Below, piece by piece: positions 1-7,341 of a stretch of 33,317 bases of DNA. Position numbers and translations under genes: made by a program. The notes beneath the pieces were generated by a model. That model searched no databases. It saw only the letters and a list, made by a program, of their open reading frames with translations, and was not told where the DNA came from. The DNA is from Lysobacterales bacterium. GTDB taxonomy: Bacteria > Pseudomonadota > Gammaproteobacteria > Xanthomonadales > Xanthomonadaceae. The stretch is taken from positions 1-33,317 of the forward strand of contig JANOXT010000167.1 in NCBI GenBank assembly GCA_031418555.1. Reading direction: 5' to 3'. Numbering within the stretch: the stretch's first letter is position 1; the number at the start of each line of letters is the position of its first letter.

Positions 1-1
1 A

Positions 2-232
2 GCGATTCAAAAAATCGAAGATCCTGTCTGTATGGTCGACCGACCAGACGGCGCACCGTTCAAGCACAGTGCGCATCGTTTTGATCGTGCCCATGTCCTT
101 TGATGCAGCGGCGACGATGATCCTTTTTCCATCGTATTCAACCGTACCTGCGATCGTCCAGTCGAGAAAACGCTCGTCTGCCGGCACGAATGCCAGCTCG
201 ATGCCTGTCGGGTTCTGATCATCACCAGACAT
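2..232 (-). CDS. Hypothetical protein, 5' part (runs off left edge)
   Basis: ATG at 232-230 overlaps the end of the ICMT gene; the frame stays open to the window edge (MSGDDQNPTGIELAFVPADERFLDWTIAGTVEYDGKRIIVAAASKDMG...). Not in the ORF track because no stop lies in the window. Confidence 0.55.
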   Translation of the reverse strand, partial: MSGDDQNPTGIELAFVPADERFLDWTIAGTVEYDGKRIIVAAASKDMGTIKTMRTVLERCAVWSVDHTDRIFDFLNR

Positions 233-791
233 GAGGAATCAGCCGTTTGGTGTCGCGCGCATAGCTTGGGTATTCGTTCGGGAACGCTTCGGCCAGCACG
301 CGCTCTTCGACCCGGATCCGCCACAAGAACGCCAACGTCACCGGCACGATCACCACCAGCAGCGACGACCCATGCGCCAGCGCCAGGCCGAAGCCCCAGA
401 ACGTCATCAGCGCCCCGGTGTAGGACGGATGCCGCAGCAGATGATACGGGCCGCTGCGGATCAACCGGTGGCCTTCGCGGATCGCGACAGTGATGGTGAA
501 AAATTCAGCCAGCGTGCGCACCGACCACGCGCGCAACACGATGCCGCCGGCCATCAGCGCACAGCCTGCGATCAGCAGCGGCCGCTGCCACGCGATGGGC
601 AGCGCCCATATGTCCTGGAACGCCAGCCAGACGGCCAGTCCGACGGCGCTGTACACGGTGAGCAGCAGCAGTCGCAGCGTGCCCTGATCGCGGACCTCGT
701 TGCGCTTGCCCGAACGGTGGCGGGCGCCGATCCACAGTTCGCTCAATGGCCAGAGGATGCAGAGCGCGAAGAACAGCGAGTGGAGGGTCAT
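222..791 (-). CDS. Isoprenylcysteine carboxyl methyltransferase (ICMT/STE14) family membrane protein
   Basis: Hydrophobic helices, 'GPYHLLRHPSYTG' and 'RIRVEERVL...YPSY' motifs. Start placed at MTLHSLFF (ATG 791), downstream of the SPOR gene stop. Confidence 0.85.
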   Translation of the reverse strand: MTLHSLFFALCILWPLSELWIGARHRSGKRNEVRDQGTLRLLLLTVYSAVGLAVWLAFQDIWALPIAWQRPLLIAGCALMAGGIVLRAWSVRTLAEFFTITVAIREGHRLIRSGPYHLLRHPSYTGALMTFWGFGLALAHGSSLLVVIVPVTLAFLWRIRVEERVLAEAFPNEYPSYARDTKRLIPHVW

Positions 792-873
792 CACGAATCT
801 CAGCCGAACAGATCGCCAGCCTACGCCAGTCGCGATCGCGATACGGTCATTGCGCGGCCGATCGCAGCGCTGC

Positions 874-1701
874 TTATTTCGCCTTGATCGCCATCGCCGG
901 CAAACCGCCGCTGGAGAGCTTGCGTTTGGCTTCGGCAAGCTCGGTGGCGGTGCCGTAGGGCCCCATGCGTACGCGATAGACCGTTTTGTCCTTGATCTGC
1001 GCCGACTCGACGCGTGCGCCGAGGCCGAGAAACGCGATCTTCGCCTTCAGCGCTTCGGCATCGCCGGAAGCGGCGAAGGCGCCGGCCTGCAGCAGATAGC
1101 GGGCATCGGTATTGGCGGCAGTCTCCAAGGCGGCGGCCGGCTTCGGCGGTGAGATCGGGGTATTCGTGGTGACCGCTGTATTTGCAGGCGTTGGTGCAGG
1201 CGTTGGTGCAGGCGTTGGTGCAGGCGTCTGTGCAGGCGTCGGTGCGGGCGGCTTGGGCGTATCGATCGCGGGCGGTACCGCGGCGGTGTCGGCCGCATCG
1301 GGATTGGCGGGCGGGGTTGGCGTGTCGGCCGTCTGCCGCGCGGCCTGCTCGGCGCGGGCGCGCTGCGCCAGCTCGGCGTCGCTGAGCGGCGTCTCTTCGC
1401 CCGACAGCAGCGTATAGAAATCGTAGTCCTGTGTTTTCGGTGCAGGTTCGGCAGCGGTCGCTGGCGTTTCGCCTTCGCCGACGATGGGCTCGGCGTCGCT
1501 GATGCCGTCCACTGCGGCTGGCTGTGTGCCGGTCTCCGGCGTGGCGCGGAAGAAACCTTCGCCGCTGCCCAGGAATTTCGGCGCGATCAGAAATATGCCG
1601 ACCCCCAGCGCCAGACCGATCACCATCCACGCCCAGCCGGGCATGCCGCCGTCGCCGCCGCTGTTGCGTTTTGCCTGGGATTTGCCGCGTTTCGCCGCCA
1701 T
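874..1701 (-). CDS. SPOR-domain cell division protein (FtsN-like)
   Basis: [13 protein letters not shown] start overlaps the argS stop (TAATG); single TM helix, 'YDFYTLL' motif, Pro/Ala/Thr linker, C-terminal SPOR domain (YLLQAGAF...YRVRMGPY). Confidence 0.9.
   Translation of the reverse strand: MAAKRGKSQAKRNSGGDGGMPGWAWMVIGLALGVGIFLIAPKFLGSGEGFFRATPETGTQPAAVDGISDAEPIVGEGETPATAAEPAPKTQDYDFYTLLSGEETPLSDAELAQRARAEQAARQTADTPTPPANPDAADTAAVPPAIDTPKPPAPTPAQTPAPTPAPTPAPTPANTAVTTNTPISPPKPAAALETAANTDARYLLQAGAFAASGDAEALKAKIAFLGLGARVESAQIKDKTVYRVRMGPYGTATELAEAKRKLSSGGLPAMAIKAK
1183..1250. repeat. 12-bp tandem repeat (tgcaggcgttgg x3 perfect, 2 variant, 1 partial) encoding a PAPT linker
   Basis: Units at 1183, 1195, 1207, 1219, 1231, 1243 read directly. 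Confidence 0.9.
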
Positions 1702-3389
1702 TACATTGTCTCCGGCGCATGCACGTCCAGCAGATCGAGGCCGTTCTTCAGCACCTGACGCGCCGCCAGCGCCAGCGCGAGGCGGGCGTTGCGGGTGTCG
1801 GCGTCGTCGACCAGAAATTGGTGATCGTTGTAGTACGACTGGAACGCCTGCGCCAACTCGACCAGATAGATCGCGATCAGATGCGGTTCGAGATCTTTGC
1901 CGGCGGCGAACACGATGTCCGGCCAGCGCGCGAGATCGGTCAGCAGGTGGCGCGTGGCGTTGTTGTCCAGATCGAGCGGCTGCGACAATCCCGCCTGCAG
2001 ATCGAACGACAGTGAGCGCTCGCCGAGCTGACGCAGCAGGCCGCAGATGCGCGCATGCGACAGCTGTACGTAGTACACCGGATTGTCGAGCGACTGCGAA
2101 CGCGCGAGGTCGATGTCGAACACCAGCTGCGAGTCGGGCTTGCGCGCGATCAGGAACCAGCGCACCGCATCGCATCCGGCTTCGTCGATCAGATCGCGCA
2201 GCGTCAGATAACTGCCGGCGCGCTTGGACAGCTTCACTTCCTCGCCGCCGCGCATCACCGTGACCATCTGGTGCAGCACGTATTCGGGGTAGCCCTGCGG
2301 AATGCCGCAGTCGATCGCCTGCAGGCCAGCCTTCACCCGCGCAAGCGAACCGTGATGGTCGGCGCCGAGCTCGGTGATGGCGCGGGTGTAGCCGCGCTGC
2401 CATTTGCTGAGGTGGTAGGCCACGTCCGGCACGAAGTAGGTGTAAGTGCCGTCGGACTTGCGCATGACCCGGTCTTTGTCGTCGCCGAAGTCGGTGCTGC
2501 GCAGCCACAGCGCGCCGCCTTCTTCGTAGGTGTGGCCGTGCGCGATCAGCTCACGCACGGTTTCTTCCACTTTCGCGTCGCGGTAGAGCGAGGATTCGAG
2601 AAAGTACACATCGAACGACACGCCGAACGCGGCGAGATCGAGATTCTGTTCGCGGCGCAGGTAGGCGACTGCGAACTGGCGGATCGCATTGTTATCGTCC
2701 GCGTCGCGCGCGCCGGTGACCATCTGCCCGTCAACCTCGACCGCAGCGCCGTCGAGATAGGCCTGGGCGACATCGGCGATATAGTCGCCCTGGTAGCCGT
2801 TCTCGGGCCAGCCGGCGTCGTTGGGCCTCAGGCCCTTGGCGCGCGCCTGCGTCGATTTGGCGAGATTCTCGATCTGCACCCCAGCGTCGTTGTAATAGAA
2901 CTCGCGCTTCACATGCCAGCCGTTGGCGTCGAGCACACGGGCGATACAGTCGCCGATCGCGGCGGCGCGGCCGTGACCGACGTGCAGCGGCCCGGTCGGG
3001 TTGGCGGACACGTATTCGACGCCGGCGGTACGGCCGCTACCGCTGTCGTTGCGGCCGTAGGCATCGCCCAGCGCATGCACGCTGCGCAGCTGGCGCTGCC
3101 AGGCGGCGGCGGAAAGGCGGAAATTCAGGAAGCCTGGCCCGGCGATCTCGACCGAAGCGATGTCGTCGTTGGCGGGCAGCGCGTCGATCAGCGCCTGCGC
3201 GATCGCCCGCGGGTTGGATTTCGCCGGTTTAGCCAGCAGCATCGCGGCATTGGTCGCGAAATCGCCGTGGCTGCGGTCCTTCGGGCGTTCGACCACGAAA
3301 TCCGGAGCGGAAAGGTCGGCAGACAGCGTGCCTTGGGTGCGGAGATTGGCGATGCCCTGTTCGATCAGGGCGCGGAGCTGGGATTTCAC
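1701..3389 (-). CDS. argS: Arginine--tRNA ligase
   Basis: '[11 protein letters not shown]', '[17 protein letters not shown]' (HIGH), 'KLSKR' (KMSK-like), C-terminal 'APETM'. GTG start at 3389 ([12 protein letters not shown]). Confidence 0.97.
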   Translation of the reverse strand: MKSQLRALIEQGIANLRTQGTLSADLSAPDFVVERPKDRSHGDFATNAAMLLAKPAKSNPRAIAQALIDALPANDDIASVEIAGPGFLNFRLSAAAWQRQLRSVHALGDAYGRNDSGSGRTAGVEYVSANPTGPLHVGHGRAAAIGDCIARVLDANGWHVKREFYYNDAGVQIENLAKSTQARAKGLRPNDAGWPENGYQGDYIADVAQAYLDGAAVEVDGQMVTGARDADDNNAIRQFAVAYLRREQNLDLAAFGVSFDVYFLESSLYRDAKVEETVRELIAHGHTYEEGGALWLRSTDFGDDKDRVMRKSDGTYTYFVPDVAYHLSKWQRGYTRAITELGADHHGSLARVKAGLQAIDCGIPQGYPEYVLHQMVTVMRGGEEVKLSKRAGSYLTLRDLIDEAGCDAVRWFLIARKPDSQLVFDIDLARSQSLDNPVYYVQLSHARICGLLRQLGERSLSFDLQAGLSQPLDLDNNATRHLLTDLARWPDIVFAAGKDLEPHLIAIYLVELAQAFQSYYNDHQFLVDDADTRNARLALALAARQVLKNGLDLLDVHAPETM

Positions 3390-3432
3390 GGAGGATTTTC
3401 GCCAGAAAGCGGCGGTGTTTCTAGGGTCGGGC

Positions 3433-3438
3433 ATTGTA
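3433..3438 (-). promoter_or_regulatory. Putative sigma70 -10 element (TACAAT) of argS
   Basis: TACAAT on the minus strand about 45 nt upstream of the GTG start; no clear -35. Confidence 0.4.
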
Positions 3439-3470
3439 GCCGAGGAGCCGATCGGTAGCCTCCTGCTGGC

Positions 3471-3502
3471 TGTCATCCCGAGGCGAAGCCGAGGCACCTG
3501 CT
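3471..3502 (+). repeat. TGTCAT/CGTC-type REP-like hairpin, left copy
   Basis: TCCC-GA-GGC-GAA-GCC-GA-GGCA hairpin after the TGTCA tag. Confidence 0.75.
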
Positions 3503-3584
3503 TGATAGGTCGTGGCCAGCATTCATCAGCAACAAGCCTTTCACTCGGAGTCTGCGGTTTCAAATGACACGAGTGAGGCGCTTC

Positions 3585-3875
3585 GAACCAATTTTCAGCC
3601 GGGTCTTCCCATGTCTGATTGTTTGATTCGATCAATCGAATCTTTTTCTCCCGCCGTCATCCCTTGAGTTGTTTTTCACGCGCGATGGCGGCAGTGATGT
3701 CGTTTGTCGCCTCGAAATAAACCAATCGAGTGACCCGGTAGCGGCTGGTATGGCCGGGTATGGCACGTCAGCGATGGCATGCGACCCGCTGCACGAGGTC
3801 GTTGGTGACGCCGATGTAGATCGCTCTGGGACGGCTGGACACAATGTAAACGGAGTAGAGGTGGTCGCGGGGCAT
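3585..3875 (-). pseudogene. Small GIY-YIG nuclease, two in-frame TGA stops; 3' end approximate
   Basis: ATG 3875 translates [95 protein letters not shown]. It has the VY...YIG-T-D--R--H and 'A..RE..LK.W.R..K..LI' motifs; TGA at 3770-3768 and 3659-3657. Confidence 0.88.
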
Positions 3876-3904
3876 GGTCGGTATTTAAAGTGGCATACAA
3901 AAAC

Positions 3905-3934
3905 AGCAGGTCCCTCGCTGCGCTCGGGATGACA
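3905..3934 (-). repeat. TGTCAT/CGTC-type REP-like hairpin, right copy
   Basis: Reverse complement reads TGTCA-TCCC-GA-GC-GCA-GC-GA-GGGA-CCTGCT. Confidence 0.8.
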
Positions 3935-3960
3935 AGGAGTTCCTTAGCGGCATCAACCGC

Positions 3961-4635
3961 TCACACCCACCCCCGCGCCGCCAGCGACACCGGCGTGCCG
4001 TCGCCGACGATGAAATGATCCAGCAGACGGATTTCGACCAGCGCCAGCGCCTGTTTGAGTCTGAGCGTGATCGCGCGATCGGCGGCGCTGGGTTCGCCGT
4101 TGCCGCTGGGATGGTTGTGGCCGACGATCATGGCCGCAGCGTTGTGCGCCAGGGCGCGGCGGACGACTTCGCGCGGATGCACTTCCGCACCGTCGACGGT
4201 GCCGCGGAACAGTTCTTCAAAGGCGATGGCGCGATGGCGGGTGTCCAGAAACAGCGCGGCGAAGACCTCGTGCGGCAGCCCGCGCAGACGTTGCGAAAAA
4301 TAGCGGCCGGCGGCCTGCGGGTCGGTGAGGCTGTCGCCGCGCTCCAGTCCTGCAGCAAGATGGCGGTTGCCAAGCTCCAATGCCGCCAGCAGCGCGCAGG
4401 CGCGCGCGGGGCCGATGCCCGGCAGTTTCAGCAGCTGTTTCGGGCTGTTCTCGAGCAGGTTACGCAGGGGCCCGTGATTTTTCAGCAGCCGGCGGGCGCT
4501 GGTGACCACATCCGAGCCCTGTATGCCGGAGCACAGGAAGATCGCCAGCAGTTCCGCGTCCGACAGCACGGCGGGCCCGTGCTTGAGCAGTTTTTCACGG
4601 GGACGTTCATCGTCGGGCCAGTCGCGGATTTGCAT
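3961..4635 (-). CDS. radC: RadC/UPF0758 JAB-domain protein
   Basis: 'MQIRDWPDDERPREKLL', HhH 'LPGIGPARA', 'VHPREVV', 'HNHPSG...PSAAD', 'LLDHFIVG'; divergent from coaBC as is usual. Confidence 0.95.
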   Translation of the reverse strand: MQIRDWPDDERPREKLLKHGPAVLSDAELLAIFLCSGIQGSDVVTSARRLLKNHGPLRNLLENSPKQLLKLPGIGPARACALLAALELGNRHLAAGLERGDSLTDPQAAGRYFSQRLRGLPHEVFAALFLDTRHRAIAFEELFRGTVDGAEVHPREVVRRALAHNAAAMIVGHNHPSGNGEPSAADRAITLRLKQALALVEIRLLDHFIVGDGTPVSLAARGWV

Positions 4636-4754
4636 GTCGTCAACGATCGCTGTCGGGAGGCCCACAGCATCGCCTTCACGCCGGAGGCGCACCGTCGGTG
4701 CAGGGCGTCGCATCGGGTAAGCTGTCGGCTCGTTCGGACGTAGGAATTTCCCGC

Positions 4755-5990
4755 ATGGCGCAGACGCTGACCGGTCGACGCATCCTGCTGTGCGTGTGCG
4801 GCGGCATCGCCGCGTACAAGGCGGTGGAGCTGGTGCGGCGGCTGCGCGAAGCCGGCGCGGAGGTGCAGGTGGCCATGACCGAAAACGCGCAGCGCTTCAT
4901 CGGCGCAGCCAGTCTGCAGGCGGTGTCCGGCATGCCGGTGCGCTGCTCGCTGTGGGATGAGGCCGCCGAGGCGGCGATGGGCCATATCGAACTGGCGCGC
5001 TGGGCCGACCGGGTGGTGGTCGCGCCGGCAACCGCCAACAGCATCGCCCGGCTTGCGCACGGTCTGGCCGACGATCTGGTCAGCACGCTCTGTCTGGCCA
5101 CCGTCGCGCCGATCTCGGTGGTGCCGGCAATGAACAATCGAATGTGGCTGCATCCGGCCACGCAGGCCAATGTCGCCGTTATTCGCGAACGCGGCGTGCA
5201 GGTGATCGGCCCCGACGACGGCGCCCAGGCCTGCGGCGAGTTCGGCCCCGGCCGGCTGCGCGAGCCGCCTGAAATCGTCAGCGCGCTGGAGGCCGCATTC
5301 GCCGCCGACCGCACCGCCGCGGATCTCGCGGGCCGCCGGCTGGTGATTAGCGCCGGCCCGACGTTCGAAGACCTCGATCCGGTGCGTTTCATCGGCAATC
5401 GCAGCAGCGGCAAGATGGGGTTCGCGATCGCCGCCGCCGCCGCGCGACGCGGTGCTGAAGTCGTATTGGTGTCCGGTCCGGTGTCGCTGGCGACGCCTGC
5501 GGGCGTGACACGCGTGGACGTGCGTTCGGCTGCGCAGATGCGCGATGCGGTGCTCGGCGCGCTGCCGGCGGATATTTATGTCGGTGCGGCGGCGGTAGCG
5601 GATTACGCACCGCGCACCGTGTCGCGGGAGAAAATCAAGAAAACCGCGCAGTCCGGCGGCAGTGCGGCGACCGCCATCGACAGCATGACCGTTGAGCTGC
5701 TGCGTACGCCCGACGTGTTGGCCGAGGTGGCCACCCATGCGCAGCGGCCAAAAGTGGTGGTGGGCTTCGCTGCCGAAACCAACGATGTCGAGCATTACGC
5801 CCGCGACAAGCTGCAGCGCAAGAAGCTGGACATGATTGCGGCGAACCAGGTCGGCCGCGCAGGCTGCGGGTTCGAAAGCGACGACAACGCGTTGACCGTG
5901 ATCGATGCCGAGACCGCGCACGTGCTGGGGCCGGCGCTGAAAACGGTACTGGCGGATGCGCTTCTGGATTTGATCCTGGCGCGGCTGTAA
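4755..5990 (+). CDS. coaBC: Bifunctional phosphopantothenoylcysteine decarboxylase/phosphopantothenate--cysteine ligase
   Basis: 'GGIAAYK', 'MGHIELARWAD', 'PAMN', 'GPTFEDLDPVRFIGNRSSGKMG', 'VGFAAET'; AGGA RBS before ATG 4755. Confidence 0.97.
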   Translation: MAQTLTGRRILLCVCGGIAAYKAVELVRRLREAGAEVQVAMTENAQRFIGAASLQAVSGMPVRCSLWDEAAEAAMGHIELARWADRVVVAPATANSIARLAHGLADDLVSTLCLATVAPISVVPAMNNRMWLHPATQANVAVIRERGVQVIGPDDGAQACGEFGPGRLREPPEIVSALEAAFAADRTAADLAGRRLVISAGPTFEDLDPVRFIGNRSSGKMGFAIAAAAARRGAEVVLVSGPVSLATPAGVTRVDVRSAAQMRDAVLGALPADIYVGAAAVADYAPRTVSREKIKKTAQSGGSAATAIDSMTVELLRTPDVLAEVATHAQRPKVVVGFAAETNDVEHYARDKLQRKKLDMIAANQVGRAGCGFESDDNALTVIDAETAHVLGPALKTVLADALLDLILARL

Positions 5991-6010
5991 CGGCCGCTGC
6001 ATTGAAATAT

Positions 6011-6114
6011 CCCTGTAGGAGCGACGGAAGTCGCGACAGGCTGCGGGTTTACAACTGCCGAATGGCTGTTAATGAGTTTCCGAAGTTCGTCGCGACTTCC
6101 GTCGCCCTACAGGG
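6011..6114. repeat. GTAG-family REP doublet (REPIN) between convergent genes
   Basis: 6011-6037 ccctgtaggagcgacggaagtcgcgac and 6089-6114 reverse complement ccctgtagggcgacggaagtcgcgac (one indel). Confidence 0.9.
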
Positions 6115-6150
6115 GTGAAGCACCTCAACGTAAACCAGCGAGTGTGTCGA

Positions 6151-7125
6151 TCAGCGCGCGAGTTCAAACAGGCTCGACGACACCCAGCCCTTGTTGCCGA
6201 GTTCGTCTTCCACTTCCCACATCATCCCGTTCTTGTTGCCGGTGGGGTACAGCAGCATGCCCGGGTCGAGGGTGCGGACGATCTTGCCGGTGCCCTTTGC
6301 GTTCGGGAACAGTCGGCCCGGCTTGGTCATGGACACCGACTGCTGCGCGTTGGCTGCGGAAGCATTGGCGGGCAGACCGCCGAGCTGGGCGACGATATCG
6401 GTGTAGGCCTGCAGGTAGGCGAGGGTGATGACCTGGCCGATCTCGGTGTTGGCGTAACCGCTGGCGCCGCCCGCACCGAAGCCGCTGCCGCCGAACAGGC
6501 CGCCGCCGGCACCCCAGCCGATATCGGTTTTCTTGGCGCTGCCTTCGGCCATCGCCACCTGCTCGGTGGAGCGTACGTCGGTGACGGTCAGCACCACGTC
6601 GGCAGTCTTCTTCTGGAAGTTGAGGCCGCCGATGACCGCGCCGGCGCGACCGCCGACCAGCCCGCCGAGCAGCCCGCCAATGGCGTTGCCGCCGGCATTG
6701 CCGTTGCGCGCGATCAGGTCGGGCGTCATCACATAGTCGGCGGCCTTGATCTGGCCTTTGCCGACGTTGGAGCGGTTGCGCAGTTCGCCGCTGGCGCCCA
6801 GGGCGCGTTCGCGCTGCGCGGCGTCGAGGCCGGCGCCGCGATCGACCAGAGTGAAGCAGCGCGATTTGTTGACGAAGACCTTGATCAGCTTCGACGGTGC
6901 CGGCAGCTGCTGGCCGCTCCACCAGTCGGTGGCGTCTTCCGGTTCCAGCACCGACAGGGTGCCCAGCGGTTTGGCGCAGGTCGGAATTTCGGCGGTCTTC
7001 TGCTTGCGCTGGTCCTGCGCGCTCTGACGCTGGGCGTGGGCCGGCGCCGCAAGAACAGCGGTCACGGCGAGCGTCAGCAGGCCGGCGTAGAGGGCAGTCG
7101 ATCCGCGGTGTTGAAAGGTCATCAT
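6151..7125 (-). CDS. CsgG/HfaB-family exported protein with C-terminal SH3-like domain
   Basis: Signal peptide (…LAAPAHA-Q), 'SRCFTLVDRG...AQRERAL', 'GQIKAADYVMTPD', glycine-zipper segment, C-terminal '...WEVEDELGNKGWVSS'. Confidence 0.75.
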   Translation of the reverse strand: MMTFQHRGSTALYAGLLTLAVTAVLAAPAHAQRQSAQDQRKQKTAEIPTCAKPLGTLSVLEPEDATDWWSGQQLPAPSKLIKVFVNKSRCFTLVDRGAGLDAAQRERALGASGELRNRSNVGKGQIKAADYVMTPDLIARNGNAGGNAIGGLLGGLVGGRAGAVIGGLNFQKKTADVVLTVTDVRSTEQVAMAEGSAKKTDIGWGAGGGLFGGSGFGAGGASGYANTEIGQVITLAYLQAYTDIVAQLGGLPANASAANAQQSVSMTKPGRLFPNAKGTGKIVRTLDPGMLLYPTGNKNGMMWEVEDELGNKGWVSSSLFELAR

Positions 7126-7341
7126 CGGTACCTTGTGGCTGTGTGTTTGGGAAGAAACGATCGACAGGACGCAGGTGGGAGCCGTCTTCGGCAAGCAGTC
7201 CGTGCCGCCACATTGTCGCTGTCTGTGGACGATTAACGAAATCCGCCCCCGGCTGGGGACATGGTGACGGCTTCTTTGCATCCGCATCCGGGCCCGCGCC
7301 CGGGCAGGTACACTCCCCACTTTCCCTGCCAAGCACCCGCC

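Larger units (their letters stand above)
3471..3934. mobile_element. Candidate mini-element: GIY-YIG nuclease gene bounded by inverted TGTCAT-tagged REP-like repeats
   Basis: Left 3471-3502 tgtcatcccgaggcgaagccgaggcacctgct; right 3905-3934 reverse complement tgtcatcccgagcgcagcgagggacctgct. Outer 12 bp are identical and the inner acctgct is identical; a nuclease pseudogene lies between them. Confidence 0.6.

Noticed and set aside
874-2508. 544-aa ORF as a long SPOR protein
   Set aside because: The N-terminal half is an off-frame overlap with argS; the real start is the TAATG junction at 1701.
3390-3635. N-terminally extended ArgS (644 aa)
   Set aside because: The extension is the GIY-YIG tail plus REP and promoter DNA; ArgS homology begins at GTG 3389.
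3585-3875. Genome-wide UGA recoding or selenocysteine in the GIY-YIG gene
   Set aside because: Many neighbouring genes terminate at TGA, neither site is a Cys position, and no SECIS-like hairpin was recognised.
3961-4635. radC as a mobile-element or anti-restriction marker
   Set aside because: It is the full-length chromosomal form in its usual position divergent from coaBC.
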